From assembly GCA_020137815.1 (NCBI GenBank), contig CM035356.1, forward strand, positions 3,286,001 to 3,350,000: a stretch of 64,000 nt of DNA. Direction: 5' to 3'. The stretch's first letter is position 1. Each line of letters opens with the position of its first letter. A model generated the notes under the pieces. The model worked only from the letters and a program-made list of their open reading frames with translations. It made no database searches and was not told where the DNA came from. The DNA comes from Hormiphora californensis (Eukaryota; Animalia; Ctenophora). The position numbers and the translations under genes are program-made. This document shows, one piece after another, positions 1-12,748 of the stretch.

Positions 1-1294
1 AGCACACTTAATAAATAAGCTCTCTTTAGAGTTACACAAGGAAAAATTTTCAGACTTGTCTCGAGAGGGGTGTCGTCGAACGCTTTCCAAAACCTCACTT
101 TAGGTCCTTGGTGTGAACCACGTGTATACCACGTGAAGCCCCGGATCACCCCTCGTGTATGGGTGTAGAAAACCAATCAGGAGATCGAAACTGGACACGT
201 GATAGGATTTCCATTACATGGGTTTACACAGGCGTCAATTTGGTCACGTGTAGGGTTCACCAGCCAATAGTGTTAGCGAGATATCACACCAGATTGGGGG
301 TGAAGAAGAAGTTTGACTTCCATTTCTCAAGATTCAAGAAATTTCAAATCTTCAAAACTCTGTGTACTCTTACAGTAGCTGGCAATGAATGTTATAGCGG
401 ACAAATAGAGATCTAACATTGATTGTTCATTATGAAAAATCAATAAACCTATACACTAATAACTTGCAATATTATTTAGGCCAGATGAGATGAATAGATA
501 GGCTGCTAGATGAAGAGATAAACAGTGAAAGTATAGTAGTAGTTCACTGTTCATCTTGTCCTGCCAGAAGGAAAACAACTGAATTCATCCACATCTTATC
601 TGACTGTGAGAGTCTAATACAGATGGTGTATGCAGTATGGGCTTGGCTGAAACCCCAAACTAGTGCCTCAATATTGTGGTTGAGTAGAGATAGCTAACTG
701 GGGGACAAGGAGTGCCATTTTATCTTTTTTCTACATGCGAGAAGCAAAATATACACTGTTTTGTAGCATGTTTTACTTGCCAGCGCTGTCTTGTCTACCA
801 TTAAGTCTCCTCTGGAGGAGACTTAACAAACCTCACTTTTCTCGATATTTGAGTGAGATATTGCGTGAACTATGACGTCATTGTCGCTTCAATTTGGCCC
901 AAATCACGTGATTTTACCACGTGATTAGGGGGTTACGCAAGGTTTGGAGAGCTTGTGTAAAACTTCACTTACTACCCCTCAATTTTCACTAAGCAAGATT
1001 TCTAAAAAGTTTCGTCGACGCAAACCATGCTTAAGGGGTGTGAAAATCAATTAGAAGGTGTGAAAGGAGAGTTACGCAACGTTTTTAAGTGTGTTTAAAG
1101 TTTCGTCGAAGAGCCCCTGGTAACCTACTAACAATTCCAACCCTGGGTTACCATAGCAACACCCCAATACAAAGATTATTACTCGATATATGCTAAAGCT
1201 CAAAGCGATTGATATACACATGGCGATGAAGTGGACAATGTTGATTGCTTGGAAAAAGCAAGCGGAAGAATCACAGAGAAAAAAGGAGCATGGC

Positions 1295-1298
<4 letters not shown>

Positions 1299-1388
<90 letters not shown>

Positions 1389-1404
1389 GAGAGAGAGAGA
1401 GAGG

Positions 1405-1447
<43 letters not shown>

Positions 1448-1475
1448 AGAAAGAGAGAGAGAGAGAGAGGGAGAG
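1299..1475. repeat. (GA)n microsatellite, representative of many similar GA/CT tracts (e.g. 2770-2865, 3007-3107, 9030-9265, 13780-13850, 16705-16798, 30100-30260, 35545-35600, 36015-36105, 36340-36410, 36758-36830, 37720-37810, 44622-44690, 52455-52512)
   Basis: Direct dinucleotide tracts; they explain the ER/SL low-complexity ORFs in the track. Confidence 0.97.
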
Positions 1476-1795
1476 AAAAGATCGGATAGGACAAACAAAG
1501 GGCACGAGGCAATTGACGTGCTTATGTCGAGCACAGCCACCGCCGCTATTTCTTGGGACTTTTCTTTAGCCTTTCAATCGTTATTGATATCGAATAAACT
1601 TTCTCACAACTTTCTCTCTCGCTCTCTTTTCAGCAGAAGGACTACAGAAATACAAAAAAGTTTTAGCACATACATAAACTCCTGATGCACTAAAGTCAAG
1701 TACATTACGGGATGGTAGCTGGCTTGAATCTGGCCCGCAAAAACAACAACAAGAAGGGTTGAGATAGGGATCGATACAGAGAGATAGAGATAAAA

Positions 1796-1827
<32 letters not shown>

Positions 1828-2777
1828 AGATGGAGGGAGAGAACCAATCCAGGAGCACCGTATAAACGTTACAGTCCACGTGTAATGTTCTCTATCTTCC
1901 TCAACAACTCTATCCTGAGAAACTTGCAGAATCGGAACTGCATATTCAAAAACAACTGTTGACTCAAAACATCAAGTAATATTTTGTAGAGGTTCATATA
2001 CTGTAGAGATTTGAGAAAATATCTCTCTAAAAAGGGAACGGAAGCATACAAACGTACACATGATGCACGGGCAGCTTGTACTCACATTGTATAGTGGATA
2101 ATGGTTTCCTGTTTAGACTTGCTGAGTAAGGGGAGAGAGGGAGGGAGAGAGAGTTTAGACCAGCTGTAAAGAGGTCAGGGTACTAGGGAGATAATTACAG
2201 TGTAGCTGGTGGAGCTTGGTGTAATGACGGGTAATGTTAACATTCTGTTGTTCAGTGGATAACTTACTTATTTACTTACTTACTTAAAGTGGGGTGAAAA
2301 CGGGAAAGAAATATCAACGAAGTTCAGTGAGGTGAATAGAGAAATTATAGCCACGTGGAGGTGCAAAAAAAAGTTCATTGAGATTCATTGGTTACGTCAC
2401 CATCATGATTCGTCAGGAAGTGGAAGAGTCAATGCCACTCCGGAAATCCATCATTCATAATCAGCAATCTCGCATTCTCGAGTGAATACGTGTATGTAAG
2501 GAAAATTAGTCGAGTAATTAGGGTACTTTAAAAGAATCTAATATTCGAGAACAAACTGTAAGGAAAGATTCAATTTTTGATCTTCTTTAATTTTGCCGTT
2601 CATCCGGGATTTTTTCAAAAGTTTTGCCCCATTCTTGAAGTGGTAATGAATATCGCGATTCATCATTATAGTCCCGAGTATTTGGTCATTCTACGTGCAT
2701 TTATATATTTTATGTGTGAGAGAGAGGCCCAGGGAGAGAGAGGGGGAAAGAAAGAGATAGAGATAGGAAGAGAGAGA

Positions 2778-2870
<93 letters not shown>

Positions 2871-3006
2871 GAGTGTTAAGTGAAAGAAAGATATTGTTCG
2901 AAAAGGTTAGTTCCTGTGTGCGTGTGAGAGAAAGGAAGGTCCACTTAGACCGAGTAGCTTACTGCACTCAGGAGTTTGTGACACTTCACACCTTCATACT
3001 GTAACA

Positions 3007-3108
<102 letters not shown>

Positions 3109-4290
3109 CTCAACTGCAAGTTCGATGAACCGTATAACTACAACTGTTATATGGGAGGGTGTGATTTACTTCGCATTACTACTTACCGAACCCCGTCTTT
3201 TTACATCTGTTTTAGGCTCAGAGGACAGATTAACCTCATTTTGAGATTGTGGCCTGGTCTACTGGATGTAATTGTTTCGTGACATGATTTAAGTGTAAAT
3301 CTCTTATAGTACATAGCAAAATGACTAATTAAGTAGAGCACATCATGTATGTTCTAGAACACATATTATATTCATTTGAATTCTACAGCTGATTTCTGCC
3401 AGTACAATGTATCTGTAGTAGAAATCAACTAGTATTATAATGACCAGGAGAAATGGATTAGCGAAATCCTGGACTTGGTAGATAGGTAGAGAGATGACAT
3501 GATGGAAGACTCCATCAGATAGAAAGATAAAAAGATAGAAAGATAGACAACGTTGACAGGACGTTGTGCCCGCTAAAAGTGCAATGAGCTTTTTATAGGC
3601 CTTTTATTTATCCAACTCGAAACTATCCGACCAGTTTCTAGGTTTATCCCTTTTTATAGAAAGCCTTGAGAGATAGAGATAGAGAGATAGAGAGAGAGGG
3701 AGAGAGATCTATTAACGGATGATAGAGGTGTTATTTTGTTTCGTCCTGTCATCACACATCCGTTCATTGCCAGCCATGCTTTATCGTAGTAGTAGCACAT
3801 TATGTAAAGACTGTGAAGAAGTCCATTCTTCTTCTTCTTCTTCTGAAGTCCATCCTGTACTCTGCGGGTCTCTCATTCATATATGACAACATGAAACAAT
3901 ACTAGGTTGAAATGTTTTCTTTCTTGTTTCTGTATTGGCAGCCATGCCATTTGCCAAGGCCGCCGGAGACTTTGTTACACGCTACGTACAGGTGATTGCG
4001 CAATGTGCCCAATGCATAGATGGACTTGTGTTCCATCAATGCATTGGGCACATGTGGGGATACCCATCTGCAGTTTTTAGTAACGCTTGGTGTTGGCTTG
4101 GTGATCCAACTTAGTTCTCAAAATGGTTTAAACTTCTTTGTACTTTGAATTTAAGTTGCTCTTAAGAAGATTTTGTCTTGCTCCACACTGTCTCACCGCT
4201 CCACGCGAAAATGAAAGGGGGTTGAAAAATAAAGCTATTCATGTGCTTGTACCTTGAGGTACTATTATCATAAAGTTGCTAAAACGTCAC

Positions 4291-4359
4291 GGAATACCGC
4301 AGCCGCTTTAATACCGAGTAGAGGACCTCTACTCGGTATTATAGCGGCTGCGGTATTCC
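4291..4359. repeat. Near-perfect palindrome (34-bp arms, 1-nt spacer) 80 bp upstream of the GPCR ATG
   Basis: ggaataccgcagccgctttaataccgagtagagg-a-cctctactcggtattatagcggctgcggtattcc, one mismatch. Confidence 0.9.
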
Positions 4360-4438
4360 TCTACTAGAGGTGGCAGAGCATTTTCGAAGTGTCGCTTCTT
4401 TTTTGTCTCCTTTGGTGTCTTTGCATTGAGTCTCGGTT

Positions 4439-7400
4439 ATGGATCTCTTTTACCATGTGCTGTTCATTTCCATCGCTGCAGGGGTGTCTTCTGGTGGTGG
4501 TCAATGTCCAATAGCGATCGATGATGGATTTCTGGTAAGATCTTGCGGGTTCCACTGGATACTTACAGAAAGCATCAAAATGACCTGTCTAAACTCAACC
4601 GCTACGTATTATAAAGTTTTTATATATGATCCGTATATAAGGTCCTCAAAAGCCTATGTAACATCACTGTGTCCTAACGATACGATACAGTATCAGGCTT
4701 GTGGAAGTGTAGACACAATGTTCCAGGGCACGTCGAAACCAGACGTCACGACCGCAGAGCTCTTCGAAAGGCCCCCCATTTGTGGGAAATTGTGTTATAA
4801 TCATGACAAGGATCTGTACGGATTTCACAGGACATCGCAGACCTGCCTCAGTGCTCAAACCAGTGTAGGGTACAAGATACGTACTGTTGAGGGTGAGAGC
4901 ATAGAGATACGGATAAAGGAGGGAGGTTTGTGTGATGGTGTTTGTGATGAGGTGGAGCAGGTGGGGAGGATAAGGGCAAGGTTTTTAATATGTGTGGATG
5001 AACGGTCTTGTAATGGACATGATTATGGTGCTGTGGTTAAGCATGCCAGGGAGTATTGGTTTGTCCCCTTCAACATAGTTTTAAACCTTACTCACACCTT
5101 CCAAAAAAACTTTACAGATTCTCCGGTAGATGGTTGGTGTAAAAAGTTAAATCAAATAGAATTTCCACTTTATAATGCATCACGTTGCTTCCTTCCTCTA
5201 TTCGCTTACCCCAATCAATACACAAATATCTTTACACCGGACGAGTATTATTGTGATAACGGTTTAGACCAGACAAACTGTTCGGATCCAGCTAAGATTG
5301 CCGGTTCCTGTCTAATCGGGGGGTATCTCTCTACAGTGTCCATTTACATTGTCTGTCAGGACAAAGAATTGTGTGATGATGGCATGCACCAAAAGTGTCC
5401 CACCATAAACCAGTATTGTACCATTCATAAGCATCAGTTATGCAATGGCCAAGATGACTGTGCTATGGGTGCGGATGAACGGCAGGAGACTTGTTTAAAG
5501 CTCACCCAACGATCGTGTGTTCGTAGTTTTAGCCAAACCCAAGGTCTTCTTAAGATTCCAGTTGACTGGGTCCAGGATGGAGACGTGGACTGTCTTAACG
5601 GGGAGGATGAAAAGAATGACTGGAAAACGTGCGGCAAAGGCATCAGAAGGACAATCCAATACTTGACTCATAAATGTGCCAATGTCTTCCTTTGCAAAAG
5701 TAATACATCAAACTTTTTAGAGGCCGCCCTATTATGCTCCTTCAAATCAAACTGTGACGAAGGAGTCTGTCTTTTAGCTACAAGTAGACCGCAAATAACC
5801 AGAAAATTGTTAAGCACGAAAACGTCGACAGGAAAAACCCTCAAAAGTTCAGTTTGTGCGAAAGGAATGGAAACGTTTCTTATTCTAACGAACCAAACGT
5901 GTCATACCAGCACTTTTAACCATCCATTTCATCGGTTCTTTGGGCAAAATTATTCAACAGACCTAGTTCTCCCAACTAAGAAGCATGATTGTATGTACTT
6001 GTACGGGGAAGCGTATGTCTTTTACAGCTGTTCAGGACTGTGCTTCAACACACCGTGTCCCTTGAAAAGGCCCGTCCTTCATAACACTTGTAGCAACCTC
6101 AAAAGTAAAATTTATTCTCTCAACCTACAGCTTGGCTCAATTACCATTGTGCAAAAGTCTCGCGAACGGTTCCACAATGACTTCTTTGTTTGTAAAAACA
6201 CGAAATGCATCCCGTTTGAGAAAGTGTGTGATCTTGTTGATGACTGTTTGGACAGGTCTGATGAAGAGGAATGTACGAACAGTTTTCAGTGTACCGATAA
6301 ATCTGGTTTTCTCGCTTTGAGCCAGAAATGCGATGGAAAGGTTGACTGCAAGGACCTATCTGATGAATGCAATGAGAGTTGTAAAAGAAAGGCCGTAAAG
6401 AGTTGCTATACTTTAGGAATTGCATTTGTCATGGGAGTTGCAGGTGTAGTCTTTGCGATTGGAAGTCTAATCAAAGGCTTATGGAACATACAAAAAGCAG
6501 AAAAGAGTGGCGAATTCATCAATCAGAGCATGGTCTTGATGATTTCCTTCGGAGATCTACTGACTTCTGTATATCTTCTTACCCTCACTACAATCCACTG
6601 GATCCATGGTTGTGGTTTCTGTGAACACCAAATTGAATGGCTTAGTGGAGTGCCCTGTACCATTATTGGGGTTTTGAATAGCACTGGATCATCCATTTCT
6701 TCTTTTGTAATGGCCTTGGTGAGCTGCTTCCGACTCCATAGTACAGTTATGGCCCTTCGATACCGCCGTTCAAAGAAGGTTACTCTGGAGCTGAAGGTGA
6801 AGTTAGCAGTCCTAATCGGAGGAGTTGTCTTACTATCTCTAGCAATGTCTACCCTCCCTCTGTTAGACACCCTGGATGATTGGTTTGTCAATGGACTTGT
6901 ATTTGATCAGGGTATCAAACTATTTGTCGGGGTAATGGACAAAATTCAGCTGATGAAGATTGTTCGGGGTTACCATGGTAGCCAAAAAATCGCGCAGTCT
7001 GGCAACGCTGTGTCTTGGAACACGTTCCAAGAAATGATCTCTGAGATGTTTTCCCATGATTACGATCCGGTTAGGGGCAAAAAGCTGTCATTTTACGGTA
7101 ACGACCCAGTGTGCATGTTCAAGGCTTTTGTCCTTCCAAATGATCCTCAAGTGTTTTACGTTTGGTTTTACCTAAGCCTCTATTTTATCTGCTTTGTATG
7201 TGTAGCGGTATGCCATGGGGCGATTGCAGTTCTCGCCAAAAAGTCTCAAGTCCAAAGAAACACGACGTCTAACTTGCTCAATCGCAAGGTCTCTTTGATC
7301 TGCCTAACTGATTTCTGCTGCTGGATGCCCTTCCTTATCTGTTGCGTCCTCCACACAGCTGAGATTATGGATATGTCACCGTGGTACCAAATCTTCTCCC

Positions 7401-7954
7401 TCAACATTCTCCCCCTCAACTCGATCCTGAATCCTGTTTTGTACAGTGATTTATTTGCCACGGTTTGGAATTGCATTAAAAAGCACCAGATTGTCATATT
7501 TGCTCCTGAAGGCACTCCTGAAGGCACTCCTGAAGCCGCTCCTGAGACCGCTTCTGGAGCCGCTCCTGAAGCCGCTCCGGAAGCCACTCCGGAAGCCGCT
7601 CCTGAAGCCGCTCCTGAAGCTACTCCTGAAGCCGCTCCTGAAGCTACTCCTGAAGCCGCTCCTGAAGCCGCTCCTGAAGCCACTCCTGAAGCCGCTCCTG
7701 AAGCCGCTCCTGAAGCCATTCCTGAAGCCGCTCCTGAAGCCGCTCCTGAAGCTACTCCTGAAGCCGCTCCTGGAGCTGCTTGTGAAGCTGCTCCCGAAAA
7801 TGCTCCTGATAATGTTACTGAATCTGTCCCAGCTCATAAAAACTCTCCTAAAATCGCTGTTGAAAACGGTCCTGAAGCCGCTCCTGATATTGCGCCAAAA
7901 ATTCCTGCTCAAAATACTCCTGAAGGTGAAGCCGCCCCTGATCCGGCTGGATAG
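4439..7954 (+). CDS. Intronless LDL-receptor class A repeat-containing class A GPCR (LGR/RXFP/GRL101-like 7TM, no leucine-rich repeats) with a PEAA/PEAT repeat tail
   Basis: 1171-aa ORF with a hydrophobic signal-like N-terminus and multiple LDLa modules (e.g. CKNTKCIPFEKVCDLVDDCLDRSDEEEC, CDGKVDCKDLSDE). Seven hydrophobic segments carry LGR-type motifs: SFGDLLTSVYL, CTIIGVL, YGNDPVC, LTDFCCWMPF, LPLNSILNPVLY. Confidence 0.9.
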   Translation: MDLFYHVLFISIAAGVSSGGGQCPIAIDDGFLVRSCGFHWILTESIKMTCLNSTATYYKVFIYDPYIRSSKAYVTSLCPNDTIQYQACGSVDTMFQGTSKPDVTTAELFERPPICGKLCYNHDKDLYGFHRTSQTCLSAQTSVGYKIRTVEGESIEIRIKEGGLCDGVCDEVEQVGRIRARFLICVDERSCNGHDYGAVVKHAREYWFVPFNIVLNLTHTFQKNFTDSPVDGWCKKLNQIEFPLYNASRCFLPLFAYPNQYTNIFTPDEYYCDNGLDQTNCSDPAKIAGSCLIGGYLSTVSIYIVCQDKELCDDGMHQKCPTINQYCTIHKHQLCNGQDDCAMGADERQETCLKLTQRSCVRSFSQTQGLLKIPVDWVQDGDVDCLNGEDEKNDWKTCGKGIRRTIQYLTHKCANVFLCKSNTSNFLEAALLCSFKSNCDEGVCLLATSRPQITRKLLSTKTSTGKTLKSSVCAKGMETFLILTNQTCHTSTFNHPFHRFFGQNYSTDLVLPTKKHDCMYLYGEAYVFYSCSGLCFNTPCPLKRPVLHNTCSNLKSKIYSLNLQLGSITIVQKSRERFHNDFFVCKNTKCIPFEKVCDLVDDCLDRSDEEECTNSFQCTDKSGFLALSQKCDGKVDCKDLSDECNESCKRKAVKSCYTLGIAFVMGVAGVVFAIGSLIKGLWNIQKAEKSGEFINQSMVLMISFGDLLTSVYLLTLTTIHWIHGCGFCEHQIEWLSGVPCTIIGVLNSTGSSISSFVMALVSCFRLHSTVMALRYRRSKKVTLELKVKLAVLIGGVVLLSLAMSTLPLLDTLDDWFVNGLVFDQGIKLFVGVMDKIQLMKIVRGYHGSQKIAQSGNAVSWNTFQEMISEMFSHDYDPVRGKKLSFYGNDPVCMFKAFVLPNDPQVFYVWFYLSLYFICFVCVAVCHGAIAVLAKKSQVQRNTTSNLLNRKVSLICLTDFCCWMPFLICCVLHTAEIMDMSPWYQIFSLNILPLNSILNPVLYSDLFATVWNCIKKHQIVIFAPEGTPEGTPEAAPETASGAAPEAAPEATPEAAPEAAPEATPEAAPEATPEAAPEAAPEATPEAAPEAAPEAIPEAAPEAAPEATPEAAPGAACEAAPENAPDNVTESVPAHKNSPKIAVENGPEAAPDIAPKIPAQNTPEGEAAPDPAG
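7503..7800 (+). repeat. Coding 12-bp minisatellite (cctgaagccgct and variants) encoding PEAA/PEAT/PEGT
   Basis: About 25 tandem 12-bp units are directly visible in the GPCR C-terminal tail. Confidence 0.95.
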
Positions 7955-8499
7955 CAAACTGACTTTGCGCTTTCAGTTTCAGATTTTTTAAAATCTCGAT
8001 TTCAATTTTCAATGATCCGAATCATTCCTTTTAATGAGCTTCTGTGATCACCTCTGAACTCTTACCACTATATCAATCTCATTACTCTGATACTCCCCGG
8101 ATCAAACGCTTGAAAACTATACGTGGGGCAGACTGTGAGTGTGACCAAACTGCTGTGTTTTGAGCTGAGTTTACTGTAATTACATGAACTGTAACTTTAT
8201 TTATTTCTCCAACTCGTAAAATAGTTGTTTTTTCAATAAAACGCAATAAAATTCCAAACGGCAATCATTCCAAAAAGTATTATCTTTCGGCCCGACCCAT
8301 TATCGATTGTTGTCTTTGGCTATTATCAGCTTACGACAAAGATAAGATATCTGAGATGTTTTCCCAGGATCCATGGTGAGCGGCAACAGACGGCCCATGG
8401 GTGAATATGTCCCTACTACAATATAGCACTGCAGTGTTGTAGTAGGGACATGGCTGTTTCGCTAGATTACTTTGTTCCTGAACTTTCTGAAGCACTATC

Positions 8500-8589
8500 T
8501 AAATACTGGTCCCTGATTGGCTGATAACCAGTCACGTGACCTAAATAACGAGTTCTGATTGGTTGATTACTCGTGTCAGTCGGTTCCTG
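8500..8589. mobile_element. Left-truncated copy of the 109-bp hAT-like MITE (family of 32082-32190)
   Basis: Shares aaatactggtccctgattggctgataaccagtcacgtgacctaaataacgagttctg and the right end tcggttcctg. Confidence 0.85.
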
Positions 8590-9150
8590 CTGTAGCACTA
8601 TCTAAATGTCACCAGCCCGCTATGTCGTCCTATATAGCCCTCCCTGGCTCGATCATCCACATCAACATGTCTTATTCTGCTAAAGCTCTATACCCCCTCT
8701 ATATTATTAGCATTGCATATTCAATGGGTCTTATCAAATATTCTGGAATCTCAAATGGTTCCTCTTTTATCTATCTTCTTTATTATGGGTAGATTGCTCC
8801 GAGCGTCTTTTTTGGCACACAATACATTGTCATTTGTCAAGCTTATTGCCAATATGTATCTCCAAACAACGACAGCTGTTTCATAAAATATATCCGGTAC
8901 CACTGTGGTGCTGTGATAGTACCACATACTGTGGGTGGTGCCGGATGAGTATAAAGAACTCATAAAGTTACTTTTGTGCTACCTGCATCTTTCTATCAGC
9001 TTCACACCGGAAACTGCAGTCAGATAAAGAAAAAGAGAGAGAAGAGAGAGAGAGAGGAGAGAGAAGAGAGAGAGATCGGAGAGAGGAGAGGAGGTATAGA
9101 GGAGGGCGAGAGGAGAGAGAGAAGAATGGAGGATGAGATAGACGAGAGAG

Positions 9151-9206
<56 letters not shown>

Positions 9207-9219
9207 GAGAGAAAGGGAC

Positions 9220-9266
<47 letters not shown>

Positions 9267-9427
9267 GCCGCTGTTCGTCCCTATATAGGAACTGTATGTT
9301 AGAGTCTCTATACGGTTGAACAATGAACAGTTCGGGGTTTCAGCTGTCGAAATGAACCTCCGATCTGGTGAACCTTCTTGTCTTTGTTGTTGATTCCTTG
9401 TTGTCCTACTATTGAGGTCATTGTATT

Positions 9428-10655
9428 GAATACCACAATGGTATGTCTTCTACTTCCGGCTACTTATGCTCTGATCATAGCCATGTATCCACCGTATTTA
9501 CTTAAATTGAGGGGTGACTTCATTAGGAGCAAATAACGCCAAATGGATTTTCGCAGCAAGTGTGATTTTCCTCTGCTGGAAATCCGTGCGTGTGATTTAC
9601 CCCGTCCCTATGATCCAGATTTTGAAAACAATTTACACTTGGCACTATTGCCTGTCAATTATGTACATTTTGACACAATTAACAGCTCAATTCGCACTTT
9701 GTCATTTCCTTGTTTGACACGTGTGGGAAGATGTGCAGCATGACACATGCAGTTGTAATCAGTCATGTTTAGTACACCTTGCCTTGTTCGACCCTCTTCG
9801 ACCAATTTTGAAATATCAATTGTGCTCGCTACCTGTCCCCTCACTCGTCGCCTGTCAGAGCATTGGGGGGAATTTGCTGACCCATTCCGTTTCGTCTCAA
9901 AAGAAGGGTTCTGCGCGAAAACTGTGGTCACGAAATTGGCTGACAAGCTCGTACTCGCCGCATGGGAAGCTTAGTTATTGGTTTAAAAGCAATCGCAATT
10001 CTCTCATCAGAATTGTGTGTCGCTAATGTGTAGACGTGAATACCACAATGTTATGTCTTCTACTTCCGGCTACTTATGTTCATGCAGCTCTGATCATAGC
10101 CATGTATCCACCGGGTATTTACTTAAATTGAGGGATGACTTCGTTAGGGGCAAATCACATTGGTTACGAAGTTACCCCTTGTCACACAGAGTGTGAGGTG
10201 TCTTCGATACCAACAAATCACGCCAAATGGATTTCCGGCAGCAAGTGTGATTTTCCTATGCCGGAAATCTGTGCGTGAAAATCAATTTGGTGTTATTCGC
10301 CCCTATGATTCAGATTTTAAAAACAATTTACACTTGGCACTATTGCCTGTCAATTATGTACATTTTGACACAGCATTATAGCTGTCACAATTAACAGTCA
10401 ATTCGCCTTTGTCATTCCGTGTTTGACACGTGTGGGAAGAAGATGTGCAGCATGACACATGCAGTGGTAATCAGTCATGTGTAGTACACCTTAAGCCTTG
10501 TTCGACCCTCTTCGACCACTTCTAAAATATCAATTGTGCTCGCTACCTGTCCCCTCGCTCGTCGCCGGCATGGGAAGCCGTTCTGTTATTTGGTTAAATT
10601 AGTTTAAAAGCAATCGCAACTCTTTCTCATCAGAATTGTGTCGCTAATGTGTAGA
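9428..10655. repeat. Tandem dimer of a ~610-bp unit (9428-10035 and 10038-10655)
   Basis: Both units start gaataccacaatg(g/t)tatgtcttctacttccggctacttatg and end cgctaatgtgtagac, with reciprocal internal indels. Confidence 0.9.
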
Positions 10656-11243
10656 CTAGCTCCCCAGAATAGATATAACACACCTTGGCTAGGAGTGAAG
10701 ATAGCTGAAAAGAAGATCTATGTAAGACGAGAGAGAGACGAGAGAAGAGAGGAAGCGTAGAAAATAGAGAGTCAAAAAGAAAAAGAGAGAGACGAGAGAG
10801 AGAGAGGAAGAGAAGAGAGATAGGACGAGGATGACAAAAGTAGGAGAGAGAGAGCAGTAGCAGAGAGGCGCGGAGTAGAGAGAGAGCGAGAGAGAGGGAG
10901 GGGGGGAGAAGGAAGGAGAGCGAAAAAGCAGATAGAGAGAGGAGCGAAGAAGAGAGTGCAGGGAAGAGAGAGAAGAGAAGAGAAGATGAAGATGAGCGTA
11001 AGAGAGAGAGGGCAGAGCTAGAAAGAGCACTAACAGAGACCGAGAAGATGGCAGAAGGAGCGAGAAGAGAGCAGCAGAGAGAGAGAGAGAGAGCGCTGAG
11101 AAGGCGAAGAGAAGAGAGAGAGCGGAGAGGAGAGAGAGAGAGAAAGGAGAGGAGAGGAGAGCGATCACAAGAAAGAGAGAGAGAGCGAGAGAGAGAGAGA
11201 GAGGAGAGAGACAGAGAGAGAGAGAAGAGCTCGAGAGAGCGAG

Positions 11244-11294
<51 letters not shown>

Positions 11295-11907
11295 CCCCCT
11301 CTTCTCTAATTCATCGTTTTCTTTTTTCCTTGTTCTTTTTTGTCTGCTCATTTTATACGAGCCACTTTTGTTTTCTGCAAAAACCTCACAGCAGACTGAA
11401 AAAAAAAGATATGGGAAGAGTAAAAGATCATTAAAGGGTCATTTCATTTTTGATAAAAATACTGGGGTTTTAAATGTCAAAAAAAACCAATTCAGGCATG
11501 ACCCCTTTCGGTTAAAACGGGTAGTTTCCCATACACATATGCCCAACGGATAGCCCCGGTTAGGAGAGGGCGGGACAATTTAAGAGAATTTTTTTTTTCC
11601 CAATAAACTTTCATTTTGGCCCTCCCCCGACTGGCCCCACGGTCTTCTTTCCAATTTCACCTTTTTTCCTTTTTTAACCTTTGTTAGGGCTGGGTTTTAC
11701 TCCCTTTTTTAGGGGGGAGTTATGATTTGGGCAATGGAGATCGTCCGAAAAATATGAGGGGGGGGAGAAAATGCAAGTTTTACACTAAAAAATTGCCGGC
11801 AGGGAAAATTGAAGTCTTTGTCTGTAAATCTTTGTATTGCATTGGGGGACGGTCATGATCTCTATCTTCTACCACTTTCCTGCTTTGTCTTTGAAAGGAC
11901 CCATTCA

Positions 11908-12100
11908 TACAGTCAGACCCCGATTTACCGGGCCCCGATTTACCGGAACCCCGATTTCCCCCGTACCGGGAAAATTTCCCCCCAAATAGGAAAAAACAGA
12001 TTTGGACCCCGAAAAACCGGGCCCCCGTTTTCCCCGGGAAAACCCCCCCCGAGCATCCCGGAATCGGGGTCCGCTGTTTTGAGAGGAATTTCCTGATGTT
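11908..12100. mobile_element. Degraded MITE-like interspersed repeat (tacagtcagaccccgatttaccggg...)
   Basis: ta|cagt start and internal ccccgatttaccgg repeats. It resembles an abundant ctenophore MITE from memory (not verified); the right end is unclear. Confidence 0.55.
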
Positions 12101-12195
12101 TTTGGTTTTTTTGGGGACTCAATATATTTATATTTATTTAGAGAAAAGTTGGAATTTGCCAAATGTTATTGTGTATTTTGTAGTATTGTTAAATA

Positions 12196-12748
12196 TGGGG
12201 GGGACTCTAGTGAACTCTAAGCTAAGAGGGACTCATTCTAAATTTGATTTGTAAAGAGTCCAAAAATTTTAAACTCGGAGGCTCTTTTTCAAAAAATTAC
12301 AAGGGCGGACTCTTTTCTAAAAGTCAAACAAAAGGGGCTCTATATCTACATAAAATCTAAATTGATTAGGTCCACCCTTTTTGCCGCAACTCGAGATTTC
12401 GGCCGTTAGGCCGGAAGAGGTTTGCCCCTACCCCATACTAATTTAGAAGTGTTAGGGGGGGGGCCGTATTTGGGTCCCGGGGTTAGGTTAGGGTAGGGTT
12501 AGGGTTAGGGTTTTTTTGGGTTGGGTTTGGATTTTAGAATGAGTCCGGGTTGGGGGGGTTTTTCGCCAAAAGACTAGAGGGCTCTGTATCTAAAAATCTA
12601 CACAGGGGGGCCCTTTTTCAAAATCTAACAGGGAGGCCTTTTCTAAACTTTTTTCAAAATCTAACTGTAGATAAAGAGTCCGTTTTTAGATATAGAGTCC
12701 GCCTTGAATTTAGATAAAGAGTCCGTTAGCACTAGAGTCCGCCCACCT
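12196..12748. mobile_element. MITE with terminal inverted repeats, subterminal gactc/gagtc repeats and an internal short TTAGGG-like tract
   Basis: Left end ggggactctagtg and right end cactagagtccgccc are complementary; gggttaggttagggtagggttagggttaggg at ~12479-12510. Confidence 0.6.

Noticed and set aside
1072-2879. ER/SL-repeat ORFs here and elsewhere in the window
   Set aside because: They are translations of (GA)n/(CT)n microsatellites.
7246-7991. Overlapping ORFs with SGAA, LLKP and FRSG repeats
   Set aside because: Alternative frames of the stop-free 12-bp coding minisatellite of the GPCR.
12479-12510. True telomere or chromosome fusion site
   Set aside because: Only ~5 degenerate units, embedded in a MITE.
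10689-12660. Degenerate GA tract, GA/CT inversion point and homopolymer-rich stretch as a novel structure
   Set aside because: The pattern resembles low-quality consensus around microsatellites and hairpins, so details cannot be trusted without reads.
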